Assembly: GCA_963676835.2 (NCBI GenBank)
Contig: CAXXFF010000003.1
Span: forward strand, 864,001 to 928,000
DNA length: 64,000 nt
Direction: 5' to 3'
Source: Marispirochaeta sp.
GTDB taxonomy: Bacteria > Spirochaetota > Spirochaetia > JC444 > Marispirochaetaceae
Numbering within the stretch: position 1 is the stretch's first letter; each line of letters starts with the position of its first letter. Position numbers and translations under genes: made by a program. The notes beneath the pieces are model-generated. The model ran no database searches and had not been told where the DNA came from. It saw only the letters and a list, made by a program, of their open reading frames with translations. This document shows positions 26,494 to 35,682 of this stretch, in pieces.

Positions 26494-27483
26494 CTAGGGT
26501 TCAGCCGAATACACATACAGTGTAACCGGTGCATCCGGGTTATCCGGATCCACTACAGTAAGGGCATCAAAAATCGGCTGAAGAGAGATCTCGGCATCGG
26601 TATCGCTGTGAGCTTCATTGTTGTCCATGAACTTAACATAGGTGTCGCAGCTTATTTCTATTCGGAGAGATACAAAGTCGCCAGGAGCAACGGTTACACT
26701 CAGAGTTTCTGTTCTACCGCTGAAACCGGCACTGGTACTGGATGAGGAACTGACCACATTGGTAAAAGCACCTGTTGATTCAGAAGTTCCTACAGTCGTG
26801 TCCGGGTATTGATACTCAACGCCGACATCCGCCGAACCGCGCACTGAAGTTAAAGGGTAAGCACCATTTCTTTTGAGCGCCAGGTCCGCACCAGGATTAT
26901 CCGGATTAGAAGACTTATAAATTACATCCCAGAACTCCATGTAAAAACCCATGGATGCAAAAGACTCAGACACATCGGACTGGGAAATACTTACATGGCC
27001 GTCAAGTTCGGCGGCGACGCCGATGGTAATCTGACTGGTTGCAGATTCTGAAGAATCAGCCTTTAAAAGGATTTCATAGTTGATGCTGCTGCCCGCATGA
27101 TACTCATTATGAATTGAGGACGCGCTTGCGCTGGCGTAGGTATCGCTGTCGACTTCCAACCCGGTAAAGCCGGCATCCAGGCTGGCATTGAGAGAACAGC
27201 TGTCCGGATAAGAACCGCTGACGGAGTCAGAGTTGGTGTAATCCCCATCTATCAGATCTCCATCTTCGAAAGTAGATTCATCATAAGTGTGGTCATAAGG
27301 GTGGCATAATGTGGTTGCCGAATAGTCGCTGCCGTAATACCAGTCTTCGTGCTGAGCCCCGGTAAATACAACTCCTTCAGGAACACTTGTCCCGCCACCG
27401 CCGCTTCCTGCTTCCTCACAGGCGGTCAAAAAGAAAATAGCCGACAAGGCTGTTAGAAGAAGCCCGGTTGTTTTAGTTTTCAT
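26494..27483 (-). CDS. Hypothetical acidic Ser/Thr-rich lipoprotein
   Basis: Signal peptide with lipobox LTAC, Gly tether, GGAGG RBS. Confidence 0.75.
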   Translation of the reverse strand: MKTKTTGLLLTALSAIFFLTACEEAGSGGGGTSVPEGVVFTGAQHEDWYYGSDYSATTLCHPYDHTYDESTFEDGDLIDGDYTNSDSVSGSYPDSCSLNASLDAGFTGLEVDSDTYASASASSIHNEYHAGSSINYEILLKADSSESATSQITIGVAAELDGHVSISQSDVSESFASMGFYMEFWDVIYKSSNPDNPGADLALKRNGAYPLTSVRGSADVGVEYQYPDTTVGTSESTGAFTNVVSSSSSTSAGFSGRTETLSVTVAPGDFVSLRIEISCDTYVKFMDNNEAHSDTDAEISLQPIFDALTVVDPDNPDAPVTLYVYSAEP

Positions 27484-27764
27484 ACATCCTCCATAAACTG
27501 TTAGAACTCTTATCTATCTTATGAATGCAAAGTTTCTGTTTGAGAATTTACCAGAGAATTGCCCCAGGAGGAGGCTTCGGAATGCTGAAAATTCCAAAAC
27601 CGTACGGAAACGAGTTGTATATGCCTTCGTGAAACCAAAAAATTGACTTGTTTTCGGAGAAGAACGGAAAGAATATCAGGATCTAACAGGAGGAACTGAA
27701 AACATGATAAAAAAGAGGGCCCGCATCGAGCCCTCCAATGATTATAAACAATTTTTTCTACAGC

Positions 27765-29375
27765 CTATTCCAGACTGTTATCCGCAAGGTGCCAGCAGTC
27801 GATATCTTCCACAATACTGAGTTCAACCACATTATTGGCTTTCTGCAGAACCTGGGCACATTCCTCCCGAAGGTTCAAAAGATGCAGCTTGGTATCATGC
27901 TCGGCATACTTTTCGGTTACAAAATTAAGAGCTTCAATAGCTGAATGGTCGTACACAGTTGCACCGGTAAAATCTATGATGACATCCCTTGGATCATCCT
28001 GAAATTCAAACAACCTCTTAAACAGGTTGGCAGAACCGAAGAAAAGGGCCCCTTCCAGCTTATAAACCTTATACCCGCTCTCATCTACCGAGACTGTTGC
28101 AGTAATATTGGTACTCTTTTTCCAGGCGAAAACCAGGGCTGAAACAATCAGCCCGATAAGAACCGCTACGGCCAGATTTTCAAGAATTGTAACCACCGTA
28201 ACAATGATTATAACCAATGCATCCGACTTGGGTATCTGATGAATAATGCGGAAAGTTGCCCACTCGAAGGTACCGATAACCACAAGAAACATAACTCCCA
28301 CAAGGGCAGCAAGGGGAATCGATTCAATAAGCTTTGCCCCGAAGAGTACAAACAGAATCAGGGAAATACCTGCAACAAACTGACTGACTCTGGTACGGCC
28401 TCCGGCACGGACATTGATCATACTCTGGCCGATCATGGCACAGCCGCCCATTCCGCCGAAAAAGCCGTTGATAATATTGGACAGTCCCTGTCCTATACAT
28501 TCCCGGTTACTCTTTCCCCTGGTTTCGGTAACCTCATCCACCAGCATGAGAGTCATAAGAGATTCTATCAGCCCCACAGATGCGGCAATTACCGAATAGG
28601 GAAACACCGTTACCAGGGTTTTCCAGGAGAAAAGCCCTTCGGGAACAGCAAAGCGCGGCAGAGATGCTGCCAAAGTGGTTCTTGACGGATCCAAAGTCTG
28701 GACAAAATCCAGGACTGTACGCACATGTATACCGCTCTTCTGCAGCAGAAGAGAAATCAGACTGACCGAAACAATAGCTGTAAGGGTTGCGGGTACCGCT
28801 TTTGTAAGCCGGGGCAGTAAATGACTTATAAGCATGGTAAGCCCGATAAGCCCCAGCATGATGACCAGGGGAGCACCGCTTAAAAGTACATGATGACCGT
28901 CTTCAAGGATGTAGAACATCTCGAGCTGGGATTTAAGAATAATCAACGCCAGACCGTTAACAAAGCCCAGCATAACAGGATGAGGAACCAGCCGTATAAA
29001 CTTACCCAACTTAAGCAGCCCAACAGCCATCTGCAGGAGTCCCATAAGCACAACCGCAGCAAAGAGGTAGCTAAGAGCACCTTCCATTCCCACCAGCTCA
29101 GTCTGCTGAATTACCAGAGGAGCGAAGATAACCGCTACAGCACCGGTGGCTCCGGAAATCATTCCGGGGCGGCCGCCGAATATAGCAGTACCTACTCCCA
29201 TCATGAATGCAGCATAGAGTCCGATTATGGGATCGATGTGGGCAACAAAAGCAAAAGCAATGGCTTCCGGCACCAGGGCAAGAGCAACGGTCAGACCTGA
29301 TAAAAGGTCATTTTTCAGGGAGACCTGTTTTTCTATGGAAAGCTTGAAAATTCTGTTATGGACAAATTTACTCAC
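27765..29375 (-). CDS. SulP-family anion transporter with STAS domain
   Basis: GLTVALALVPEAIAF, GRPGMISGATGA, GGCAMIGQS, LEGALFFGS; GTG start with AGGAG. Confidence 0.93.
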   Translation of the reverse strand: MSKFVHNRIFKLSIEKQVSLKNDLLSGLTVALALVPEAIAFAFVAHIDPIIGLYAAFMMGVGTAIFGGRPGMISGATGAVAVIFAPLVIQQTELVGMEGALSYLFAAVVLMGLLQMAVGLLKLGKFIRLVPHPVMLGFVNGLALIILKSQLEMFYILEDGHHVLLSGAPLVIMLGLIGLTMLISHLLPRLTKAVPATLTAIVSVSLISLLLQKSGIHVRTVLDFVQTLDPSRTTLAASLPRFAVPEGLFSWKTLVTVFPYSVIAASVGLIESLMTLMLVDEVTETRGKSNRECIGQGLSNIINGFFGGMGGCAMIGQSMINVRAGGRTRVSQFVAGISLILFVLFGAKLIESIPLAALVGVMFLVVIGTFEWATFRIIHQIPKSDALVIIIVTVVTILENLAVAVLIGLIVSALVFAWKKSTNITATVSVDESGYKVYKLEGALFFGSANLFKRLFEFQDDPRDVIIDFTGATVYDHSAIEALNFVTEKYAEHDTKLHLLNLREECAQVLQKANNVVELSIVEDIDCWHLADNSLE

Positions 29376-29543
29376 ATATTCTCCTGAGTATCTAATCGAC
29401 AGGCATAAAATACGAGACGACATGGTAGTTATATTGTTATTTCCAATGGAGGCTGAAAAAAACGGAACAATCGTGCTATAGCAAAATTGTTCCGCTTATC
29501 TTACTGAAAACTGAAAAAATGTCAAACGACCCGGCTGAACGAG

Positions 29544-30212
29544 CTATCCCTGCCGGTAAGGTTGTGCAAAACTGTCGGTAATGGAAACCCCGTTCTTCTT
29601 AAGTAAGCTTCCCCAGTAGAAGCGGTTAATAAGCTTAACAATTATCTTCATTATCCAGAGACTGTTTTTTGCCGCTGTCTCCGGCTGAGAATACTCAAGC
29701 AGCTGTTTCCGGTCAAAAGTCCCCTCCTCTGCAAGGTTTTTTCCAATTGCCTCAATTCCTCCGAAAACAGCCGCAGAGGGTTTCACCCGTCCTCTGATAA
29801 GCGCATCGCAGCCGCCTTTAATAATTGTGCCCATATATGTACACCCGAGCATCCCGGCAAACTTCTCCAGATGCCGTTCCAGGGGCCGGGCATGCACAGC
29901 TTCACGGAAGCCGTACTGAACGAGAAAGCCCAGTTTCTTACCGCTGCATTTACCCTTTAATGGTTCAAGCTCCTCAAAAAAGTGCTGCACCTCCCCGGGC
30001 ATGGCATAGGAGTAGAGCGGAAAGGCAATAAGAACAGTGTCCGCACTCTTGAATATCTCTGCAGCTTCAGTAAGTGAAGCAAGCTTATTCAGTTTATAGA
30101 CATCCGGATCATCTTTACCCGAAGACTTAAAGCCTTCAATCAGGCTGTTCAGAAGCAGCTGGGTGTTGTTTTTCCCCGGTCTGGGGGAGCCGTTAAAGAT
30201 TGTAAGTTTCAT
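29544..30212 (-). CDS. Flavodoxin-like NAD(P)H-dependent oxidoreductase
   Basis: FNGSPR..NT, AFPLY.YAMPG. Confidence 0.8.
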   Translation of the reverse strand: MKLTIFNGSPRPGKNNTQLLLNSLIEGFKSSGKDDPDVYKLNKLASLTEAAEIFKSADTVLIAFPLYSYAMPGEVQHFFEELEPLKGKCSGKKLGFLVQYGFREAVHARPLERHLEKFAGMLGCTYMGTIIKGGCDALIRGRVKPSAAVFGGIEAIGKNLAEEGTFDRKQLLEYSQPETAAKNSLWIMKIIVKLINRFYWGSLLKKNGVSITDSFAQPYRQG

Positions 30213-30720
30213 CTGCCATTACCTCCGCATCTTTTTCTGTAGTCGCAACCAGAGCAAAGCGTCTGTACATATCAGCTATTATGGAGAATGTTTCATTGTT
30301 CAGTTCTGAGGAATACTCCATGAGAAGAATACTCATAAACTCTGATTCGTACCGGAGATAATGCCCCATCCTGTCGCCGTTCATCCGCAAAAAGGGATGG
30401 AGCAGCGGTATCATACGGTCATTGGCATTCTTTACCGCGGATGTTACAAAACCCATACTCAGGGGTGATGCCCAGACTACCTGATCGGCCCAGACAATAC
30501 TTTTAAGGATTTGTGTATGGTCATCCTTGAAGCAGCAGATCCCCGGTGTTTTCAGCCAGCAATTGTAGCATCCGATACAGGAATTAATGGTTTTCCCGGC
30601 CAGCGACTCCTGGCGGATTTCATCCCCCTTCTCTGCCCTTCGATCTGCAAATCTGTCCAGATAATCCTGGAGAGAATCTGCTCCGCTGTTCATACTGCCG
30701 TTAATCAACAGAACATTCAT
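30193..30720 (-). CDS. Iron-sulfur flavoprotein-like flavodoxin
   Basis: INGS, CIGCYNCWLKTPGIC, DD, ASP. Confidence 0.82.
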   Translation of the reverse strand: MNVLLINGSMNSGADSLQDYLDRFADRRAEKGDEIRQESLAGKTINSCIGCYNCWLKTPGICCFKDDHTQILKSIVWADQVVWASPLSMGFVTSAVKNANDRMIPLLHPFLRMNGDRMGHYLRYESEFMSILLMEYSSELNNETFSIIADMYRRFALVATTEKDAEVMADETYNL

Positions 30721-31286
30721 GCTTTTTCCTCCTTACTTTCAAGATGATTTATTACTTCATCACACCAATCGATGGTTGCTCTCATGTTGAAAATTCCAAA
30801 ACGGACAGTTGCCAGCCGAAAGAAAAGATGCTCACCAGCTGGTCCGAGATCGTCCATTTTTCCCCGTATTTCCTGTTCAATTCCCTGATACTCAAGCATC
30901 AGGCTTTTACAGAATGTCCTTGACTCCCTCAGCCAACCGAGAATGGATTCAACTGCAATTTGATCAGAGAAAAACACCTTGAGCAGGAACTCATACCGTG
31001 CCTGGGGTGTGTCCGGCGGAGTTTTAAGCCATTCAAGCAGAACTTTTTTTCCTTCCGGTGTTACAGAAAAAACATTTTTATTGGGACGGTTTCCTGTGGC
31101 ATCCACTTTCCTGGAAATCCATCCATCCCCTTCCATCTGCTTGAGAACCGGGTAGATGTGTCCGTAATTTTCATTCCAGAAATGATTTATGCTCTGATCA
31201 CAAAACTTCTTAATGTCATAGCCAGAAGCAGGGCGGATATTTAAGACTCCGAGAATCGCATATTTGGTTTTGTTTTCTTTTGCCAT
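30717..31286 (-). CDS. PadR-family transcriptional regulator
   Basis: AILGVL...ASGYDIKK, FWNENYGHIYPVL, AphA-like C-terminus. Confidence 0.9.
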   Translation of the reverse strand: MAKENKTKYAILGVLNIRPASGYDIKKFCDQSINHFWNENYGHIYPVLKQMEGDGWISRKVDATGNRPNKNVFSVTPEGKKVLLEWLKTPPDTPQARYEFLLKVFFSDQIAVESILGWLRESRTFCKSLMLEYQGIEQEIRGKMDDLGPAGEHLFFRLATVRFGIFNMRATIDWCDEVINHLESKEEKA

Positions 31287-31313
31287 CGGCTCCCCTGAAT
31301 ACCACAAGCTATG

Positions 31314-31341
31314 TATCACTTTGATATATATCACACTGATA
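31314..31341. promoter_or_regulatory. Tandem PadR-type operators
   Basis: TATCA-CTT-TGATA and TATCA-CAC-TGATA just upstream of padR. Confidence 0.7.
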
Positions 31342-31395
31342 CTTGTGTGTCAAATTAGATTTCTGTTAGGAATTTTTTGCCCACCGCACCGCTAA

Positions 31396-31436
31396 AAGAA
31401 AAAGCTCCTGCCATATCATCATGATATCGCAGGAGC
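31396..31436 (-). terminator. Rho-independent terminator of the FGE-domain gene
   Basis: GCTCCTGC...GCAGGAGC stem with a T-run on the minus strand. Confidence 0.75.
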
Positions 31437-31494
31437 CAAGGTAGCTATTTGGGGTTAATGCCTGTCTGGCGACAACCAGGTAAAGAGAAAAAGC

Positions 31495-32589
31495 CTACTG
31501 AGTCCTCGCAATGCGAAACCCGATGTATGGCAGCCTGGAGAAAGGACTGCGAAAATTCCATTTGCCCACCTGCAGGGTAAGAGCACCATTAATATAGCTG
31601 CCGCCCCGTATTATGCGGAAGGAATCACTTGCGGTGAAACACCATTCCCGGATATTGCCGCTCATATCATAGAAGCCCAGGGCGTTGGCACTTTTCTGTG
31701 CTGTCTCTTTGGGAGCAGAAGCGTTACCGGAATACCAGGCAACATCCCCGGTAGACTCCATATCGCCGTCGCCATCATAATCACTGGTGGCGTTATCGGC
31801 ACTATACACAGCGTCTGCACCGCTTACAAAATTTCCGGGGTAATATTCTCCCGCAGTATTAAGAACACCGTCGCATTCCGCATCATTGATATACCGTGCA
31901 GCAAACTCACTTTCATATCTTGAAGGAAGCCTGTAACCGGTATTTGTCGCTGTTTCTGCTGTTTCGGTGTGAACCCAATCCTTATCAATCCCGGTATACA
32001 CCACATTATCGGTATTCCCGTCACGCATTTCGGTCAGCCAGTTACAGAACATAATGGCGCCGTACCAGCTTACATCAACTACAGGATACTTCTCATAGCC
32101 TGTGGCTACTGAAAAGGTATCCAAATCCGTATCGTAGCTGATCTTCATCTCGCCTGACCACGCATCAAGATCAAGTAGCTCCTGATCACCATATTTAACT
32201 GTCGAGGCACTGACCTCGTTATGTGCATCGGTGGTCTCTACAATTTTATTGTTATCAAGCGCCCATTGAAGAACTTCTGCCATAAGCTCCCAGGTTACTT
32301 CCGTTTCTGAAAGGAAAAACTGATTACTGAGTGTGGCTGTACTGCTATCAGTGTAGCCTGTAGGAAATGTCATCTCTGTCCGGTTGTTGGCGTAGATCAT
32401 ATTAACAGGCACTTTTCCCACGCTTATCGGGACGGACTGGCCGGGGACTGTGGCATTGTCAAAGGTCACAGTTTCAACTTCCTCTCCACCACTACTCCCC
32501 GCATCGAGAGTACATGCGGTTAACACCAGCACACCGGTAAGCAACAAGACAATTGCAATTGGTATCAATACAGATGTTTCTCTTTTCAT
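31495..32589 (-). CDS. FGE-sulfatase (C-type-lectin-fold) domain lipoprotein
   Basis: Lipobox LTAC; SETEVT, PVVDVSWY.AI.FCNWL, GYRLP, N.LG.YDMSGNI.EW, RGGS, GFR. Confidence 0.9.
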   Translation of the reverse strand: MKRETSVLIPIAIVLLLTGVLVLTACTLDAGSSGGEEVETVTFDNATVPGQSVPISVGKVPVNMIYANNRTEMTFPTGYTDSSTATLSNQFFLSETEVTWELMAEVLQWALDNNKIVETTDAHNEVSASTVKYGDQELLDLDAWSGEMKISYDTDLDTFSVATGYEKYPVVDVSWYGAIMFCNWLTEMRDGNTDNVVYTGIDKDWVHTETAETATNTGYRLPSRYESEFAARYINDAECDGVLNTAGEYYPGNFVSGADAVYSADNATSDYDGDGDMESTGDVAWYSGNASAPKETAQKSANALGFYDMSGNIREWCFTASDSFRIIRGGSYINGALTLQVGKWNFRSPFSRLPYIGFRIARTQ

Positions 32590-32982
32590 TCATTTTTCCT
32601 TTTTTGTATTTTTATTTTTCTTATACAGTTTTTCTCTATGTGAAAGACAGCCGTTGAATACTGTCTTAATCCCGAATATACCCCGCAGCAGGCACATTTC
32701 CACTAAGATTTCCAGGCCGAACAGCTTCGATCACCCCGAACATCAGATCGACGGTACCCATTTCCAGGGGAGATACGAGCCCTGGAGCAAACATGAAAAG
32801 CAACGTGAATGCGGTAGAAACCGGAGGAGAAGGCAGTATAGAGAAATCTGAATCAGGTTTTATAAAAGGGCATTTGACCATCTGTCAGAGAAGAACAGAT
32901 CAGGAAAAAAAATAAAAAAAGCTTCCATCGGAGATGATTTTACCCCGAGGGAAGCTGATTTCTTAAAAAAACAGAGTGATAG

Positions 32983-33123
32983 TTACTCCACAATTACCCG
33001 GAAAAAACGCTTTTTACCGGCTTTAAGCATAAGCTCGCCCTCTTCAAGGCGGAAGGCATTAATAACCTCGTCAATGCTTTCCACCTTAACATCGTTAATG
33101 CGGGCGCCGTCCTGCTGTACCAG
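32983..33123 (-). pseudogene. Orphan duplicate of the last 46 codons of tyrS
   Basis: Translates LVQQDGARINDVKVESIDEVINAFRLEEGELMLKAGKKRFFRVIVE*, 42/46 identical to tyrS 34450-34590; no start codon. Confidence 0.93.
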
Positions 33124-33137
33124 CAGGCTCCGGATAC

Positions 33138-34283
33138 TTAAGCGATCAGATCCTGTATCCGCTCAAGCGGTATAAGCTCTATTTTTTCACGCAGCGGGTA
33201 ATGATTGTCTCCGGGATAAACAACGTATAATTTGTCCAGTTTCAAATCTGATAATACGGTTGTCATGGAACGGCTTACCTTCGGCGAATCGGCATACTTG
33301 AACTCAAACCCAAGGCGTTTTCCGTTTTTTAAAATCAGAAGATCCAGTTCAGCCCCGGAATAGGTTGCGTAAAAATAGGCTTCCTGCTCAGCATCCAGAA
33401 GGTTGATTATCTGCTCAATACAGTAGCCTTCCCAGGAAAGCCCCAATTTCGGATGCGACAGTAGATCCATGTTACTCTTTATTCCCAGCAGAAAATGAAG
33501 CAATCCGTTATCCCGGATATATACCTTCGGAGATTTAACCAGCCTTTTTTTTGTATTCTCAAACCAGGGCGGAAGCTGCCGCAGCAGATAGGTCCCTGTC
33601 AGTATATCCAGATAATGCCGCGCAGTATCTTCTTTCGTTCCAAGCGATCGGGCAAGATCGGCGCTGTTCCAGATATTTCCATGATAATGGGCAATCATTG
33701 TCCAGAAACGACGTAATGTAGCGGCAGGAACACGGATACCAAGCTGGGGGATGTCTCTCTCCAGAAAACTTCTGACGAAATTGCCGCGCCAATCAAAACT
33801 CTGCTTATCGGTATCCGCAAGGTAGGAGAGCGGGAATCCGCCGCGTATCCAGTGGGAATCCGCATGCTGAAAACCGATCTCATCTGCTGTAAATCCTGTC
33901 ATCTCTATCAGCGAAATCCGCCCCGCCAGGGATTCTGATGCTCCCCGGACAATATCAGGAGAGGCGCTGCCTAATATCAGATACCGGCAATTGATGTTTT
34001 CTTCATCACAAAGAACGCGGAGAAGAGAAAAAAGCCCCGGTTGAAGCTGGATCTCATCAATTATTACCAGCCCTTTAAGCGCTCTCAGTACAAGCTTGGC
34101 CCGCTCTTCCTGCAGCGGACATTCGGGATCTTCAAGATCAAAATAAACAGAATCCCGCCCTTTGGAGATCTCCCGGGCAATTGTGGTTTTCCCGCATTGC
34201 CGGGGTCCAAGAATGGCTGTAACCGGGTACTGTTTAATCTGCTGAAGAATTTTTGACTTTAAATCCCGCCGCTCAATCATCAT
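33138..34283 (-). CDS. AAA+ ATPase (AAA_14) with DUF4143 / PD-(D/E)xK-like C-terminus
   Basis: GPRQCGKTT, IIDEIQ, LGSAS, ESLAGR, RGGFP, KSPKVYIRD.GL, ELDL...GFEFK. Confidence 0.9.
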   Translation of the reverse strand: MMIERRDLKSKILQQIKQYPVTAILGPRQCGKTTIAREISKGRDSVYFDLEDPECPLQEERAKLVLRALKGLVIIDEIQLQPGLFSLLRVLCDEENINCRYLILGSASPDIVRGASESLAGRISLIEMTGFTADEIGFQHADSHWIRGGFPLSYLADTDKQSFDWRGNFVRSFLERDIPQLGIRVPAATLRRFWTMIAHYHGNIWNSADLARSLGTKEDTARHYLDILTGTYLLRQLPPWFENTKKRLVKSPKVYIRDNGLLHFLLGIKSNMDLLSHPKLGLSWEGYCIEQIINLLDAEQEAYFYATYSGAELDLLILKNGKRLGFEFKYADSPKVSRSMTTVLSDLKLDKLYVVYPGDNHYPLREKIELIPLERIQDLIA

Positions 34284-34330
34284 TGAATATTACCATACTT
34301 CCTGGTGATATTCTATATTAAATTATTCAC

Positions 34331-34383
34331 AAAATCTATCTTCCTTGACTATGGTAAAAAATACCACGTTTTTAGAGGTGTCC
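34331..34383 (-). mobile_element. Truncated MITE-like element (left end only)
   Basis: Reverse complement GGACACCTCTAAAAACGTGGTATTTTTTACCATAGTCAAGGAAGATAGATTTT matches the first ~52 bp of copy 1. Confidence 0.8.
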
Positions 34384-34389
34384 TTAAAT

Positions 34390-34431
34390 AAAAAACCCCC
34401 ACGTGCGCCGTACGGCCCTCGCGGGGGTTTT
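34390..34431 (-). terminator. Terminator after tyrS
   Basis: AAAACCCCC...GGGGGTTTT inverted repeat with A/T tails. Confidence 0.65.
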
Positions 34432-34449
34432 ATATTAAGCCGGGATTTG

Positions 34450-35682
34450 CTATTTCACCGTAACCCGGAAAAAACGCTTCTTACCGGCTTTCAGCATAAG
34501 CTCACCCTCTTCCAGGCGTGAGGCATTAATAACCTCGTCAATGCTCTCTACCTTTACGTCGTTGATTCTGGCGCCTCCCTGCTGTACAAGCCTTCGGGCT
34601 TCACCGTTGGATTTGCACAGGTCGGTACGGGCAAAAAGATCCAGTACACCGATGCCTGATTCCAGCTCTGAAGCAGGGATTTCGATGGAAGGAACATTAC
34701 TCAGGTCTCCCCCGCCGCCGAAGGCCGCCTTTGCAGCTGCCAGAGCTTTTTCCGCTTCGGCGTCACCATGCACAAGCTTCGTATACTCGTATGCCAGCCG
34801 CTCTTTGGCACCGTTCAGGGCAACCCCTTCGCCTTTACAGAGTTCCTTGATCTCTTCAACCTCAAGGAAGGTGAACAGCAGCATGAACTTCTCAACATCC
34901 GCATCGGGCACATTGCGCCAGTACTGGAACATGTCGTAGGGGCTGGTCAGCGAAGGATCGAGGAATACAGCTCCCTTCTCGGTCTTGCCCATCTTTTTGC
35001 CGTCGGACCGGGTAACCAGGGGAAAGGTAAGGCCGTAGGCCTCGGTGCTTTCCAGCCGGCGGATAAGGTCGATTCCCGCAACAATGTTGCCCCACTGATC
35101 ATCCCCACCGATCTGCAGCCGGCAGCCCCTGCGGCGGTAGAGCTCCAGGTAATCGTAGGACTGCAGCAGCTGATAGTTAAACTCAATGAATGAGAGTCCA
35201 GTCTCCATGCGCATTTTGTATGCCTCAAAACTGAGCATGCGGTTTACGGAAAACTGACTGCCGATTTCCCGGAGGAAATCAATATAATTAAGATCCGCCA
35301 GCCAGTCGGCGTTATTCATCATCCAGCCGTTTTCACCGTCCAGATGGACAAAGTTCTTCAACTGATCCATCTGGGACTTACTGTTGGCGGCAATTTCTTC
35401 GTAGGTTATCAGCTTACGCATCTCGGTTTTACCGGAAGGATCACCAATACGGGCGGTACCTCCCCCGGATAAAAGCACGGGCTTGTGTCCCGCCTTCTGC
35501 AGGTGGGACAGGGCAAAGACCGGCACCATATGGCCAACATGCAGAGAGGGTCCTGTGGGGTCTATCCCCAGGTAGAAGGCCACGGGGCCTTCGCTCATGA
35601 GCTTGTTAAGTCCTTCAAGGTCGGTACACTGCTTGATAAATCCCCGCTCCTGGAGGACCTGTAATCCCGGAGTCAGGCTCAT
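34450..35682 (-). CDS. tyrS: Tyrosine--tRNA ligase
   Basis: GIDPTGPSLHVGH, FNYQLLQSYD, QIGGDDQWGN, KMGKT, C-terminal S4 domain. Confidence 0.97.
   Translation of the reverse strand: MSLTPGLQVLQERGFIKQCTDLEGLNKLMSEGPVAFYLGIDPTGPSLHVGHMVPVFALSHLQKAGHKPVLLSGGGTARIGDPSGKTEMRKLITYEEIAANSKSQMDQLKNFVHLDGENGWMMNNADWLADLNYIDFLREIGSQFSVNRMLSFEAYKMRMETGLSFIEFNYQLLQSYDYLELYRRRGCRLQIGGDDQWGNIVAGIDLIRRLESTEAYGLTFPLVTRSDGKKMGKTEKGAVFLDPSLTSPYDMFQYWRNVPDADVEKFMLLFTFLEVEEIKELCKGEGVALNGAKERLAYEYTKLVHGDAEAEKALAAAKAAFGGGGDLSNVPSIEIPASELESGIGVLDLFARTDLCKSNGEARRLVQQGGARINDVKVESIDEVINASRLEEGELMLKAGKKRFFRVTVK

Noticed and set aside
32450..32881. Short ORFs 32450-32851 (+) and 32666-32881 (-)
   Set aside because: No recognisable motifs or RBS. 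They may be decayed sequence, but I cannot assign them.
31495..33000. Complete DGR cassette
   Set aside because: No reverse transcriptase, Avd or AAC-rich template repeat is visible near the FGE gene. Only the target-like signature is reported.
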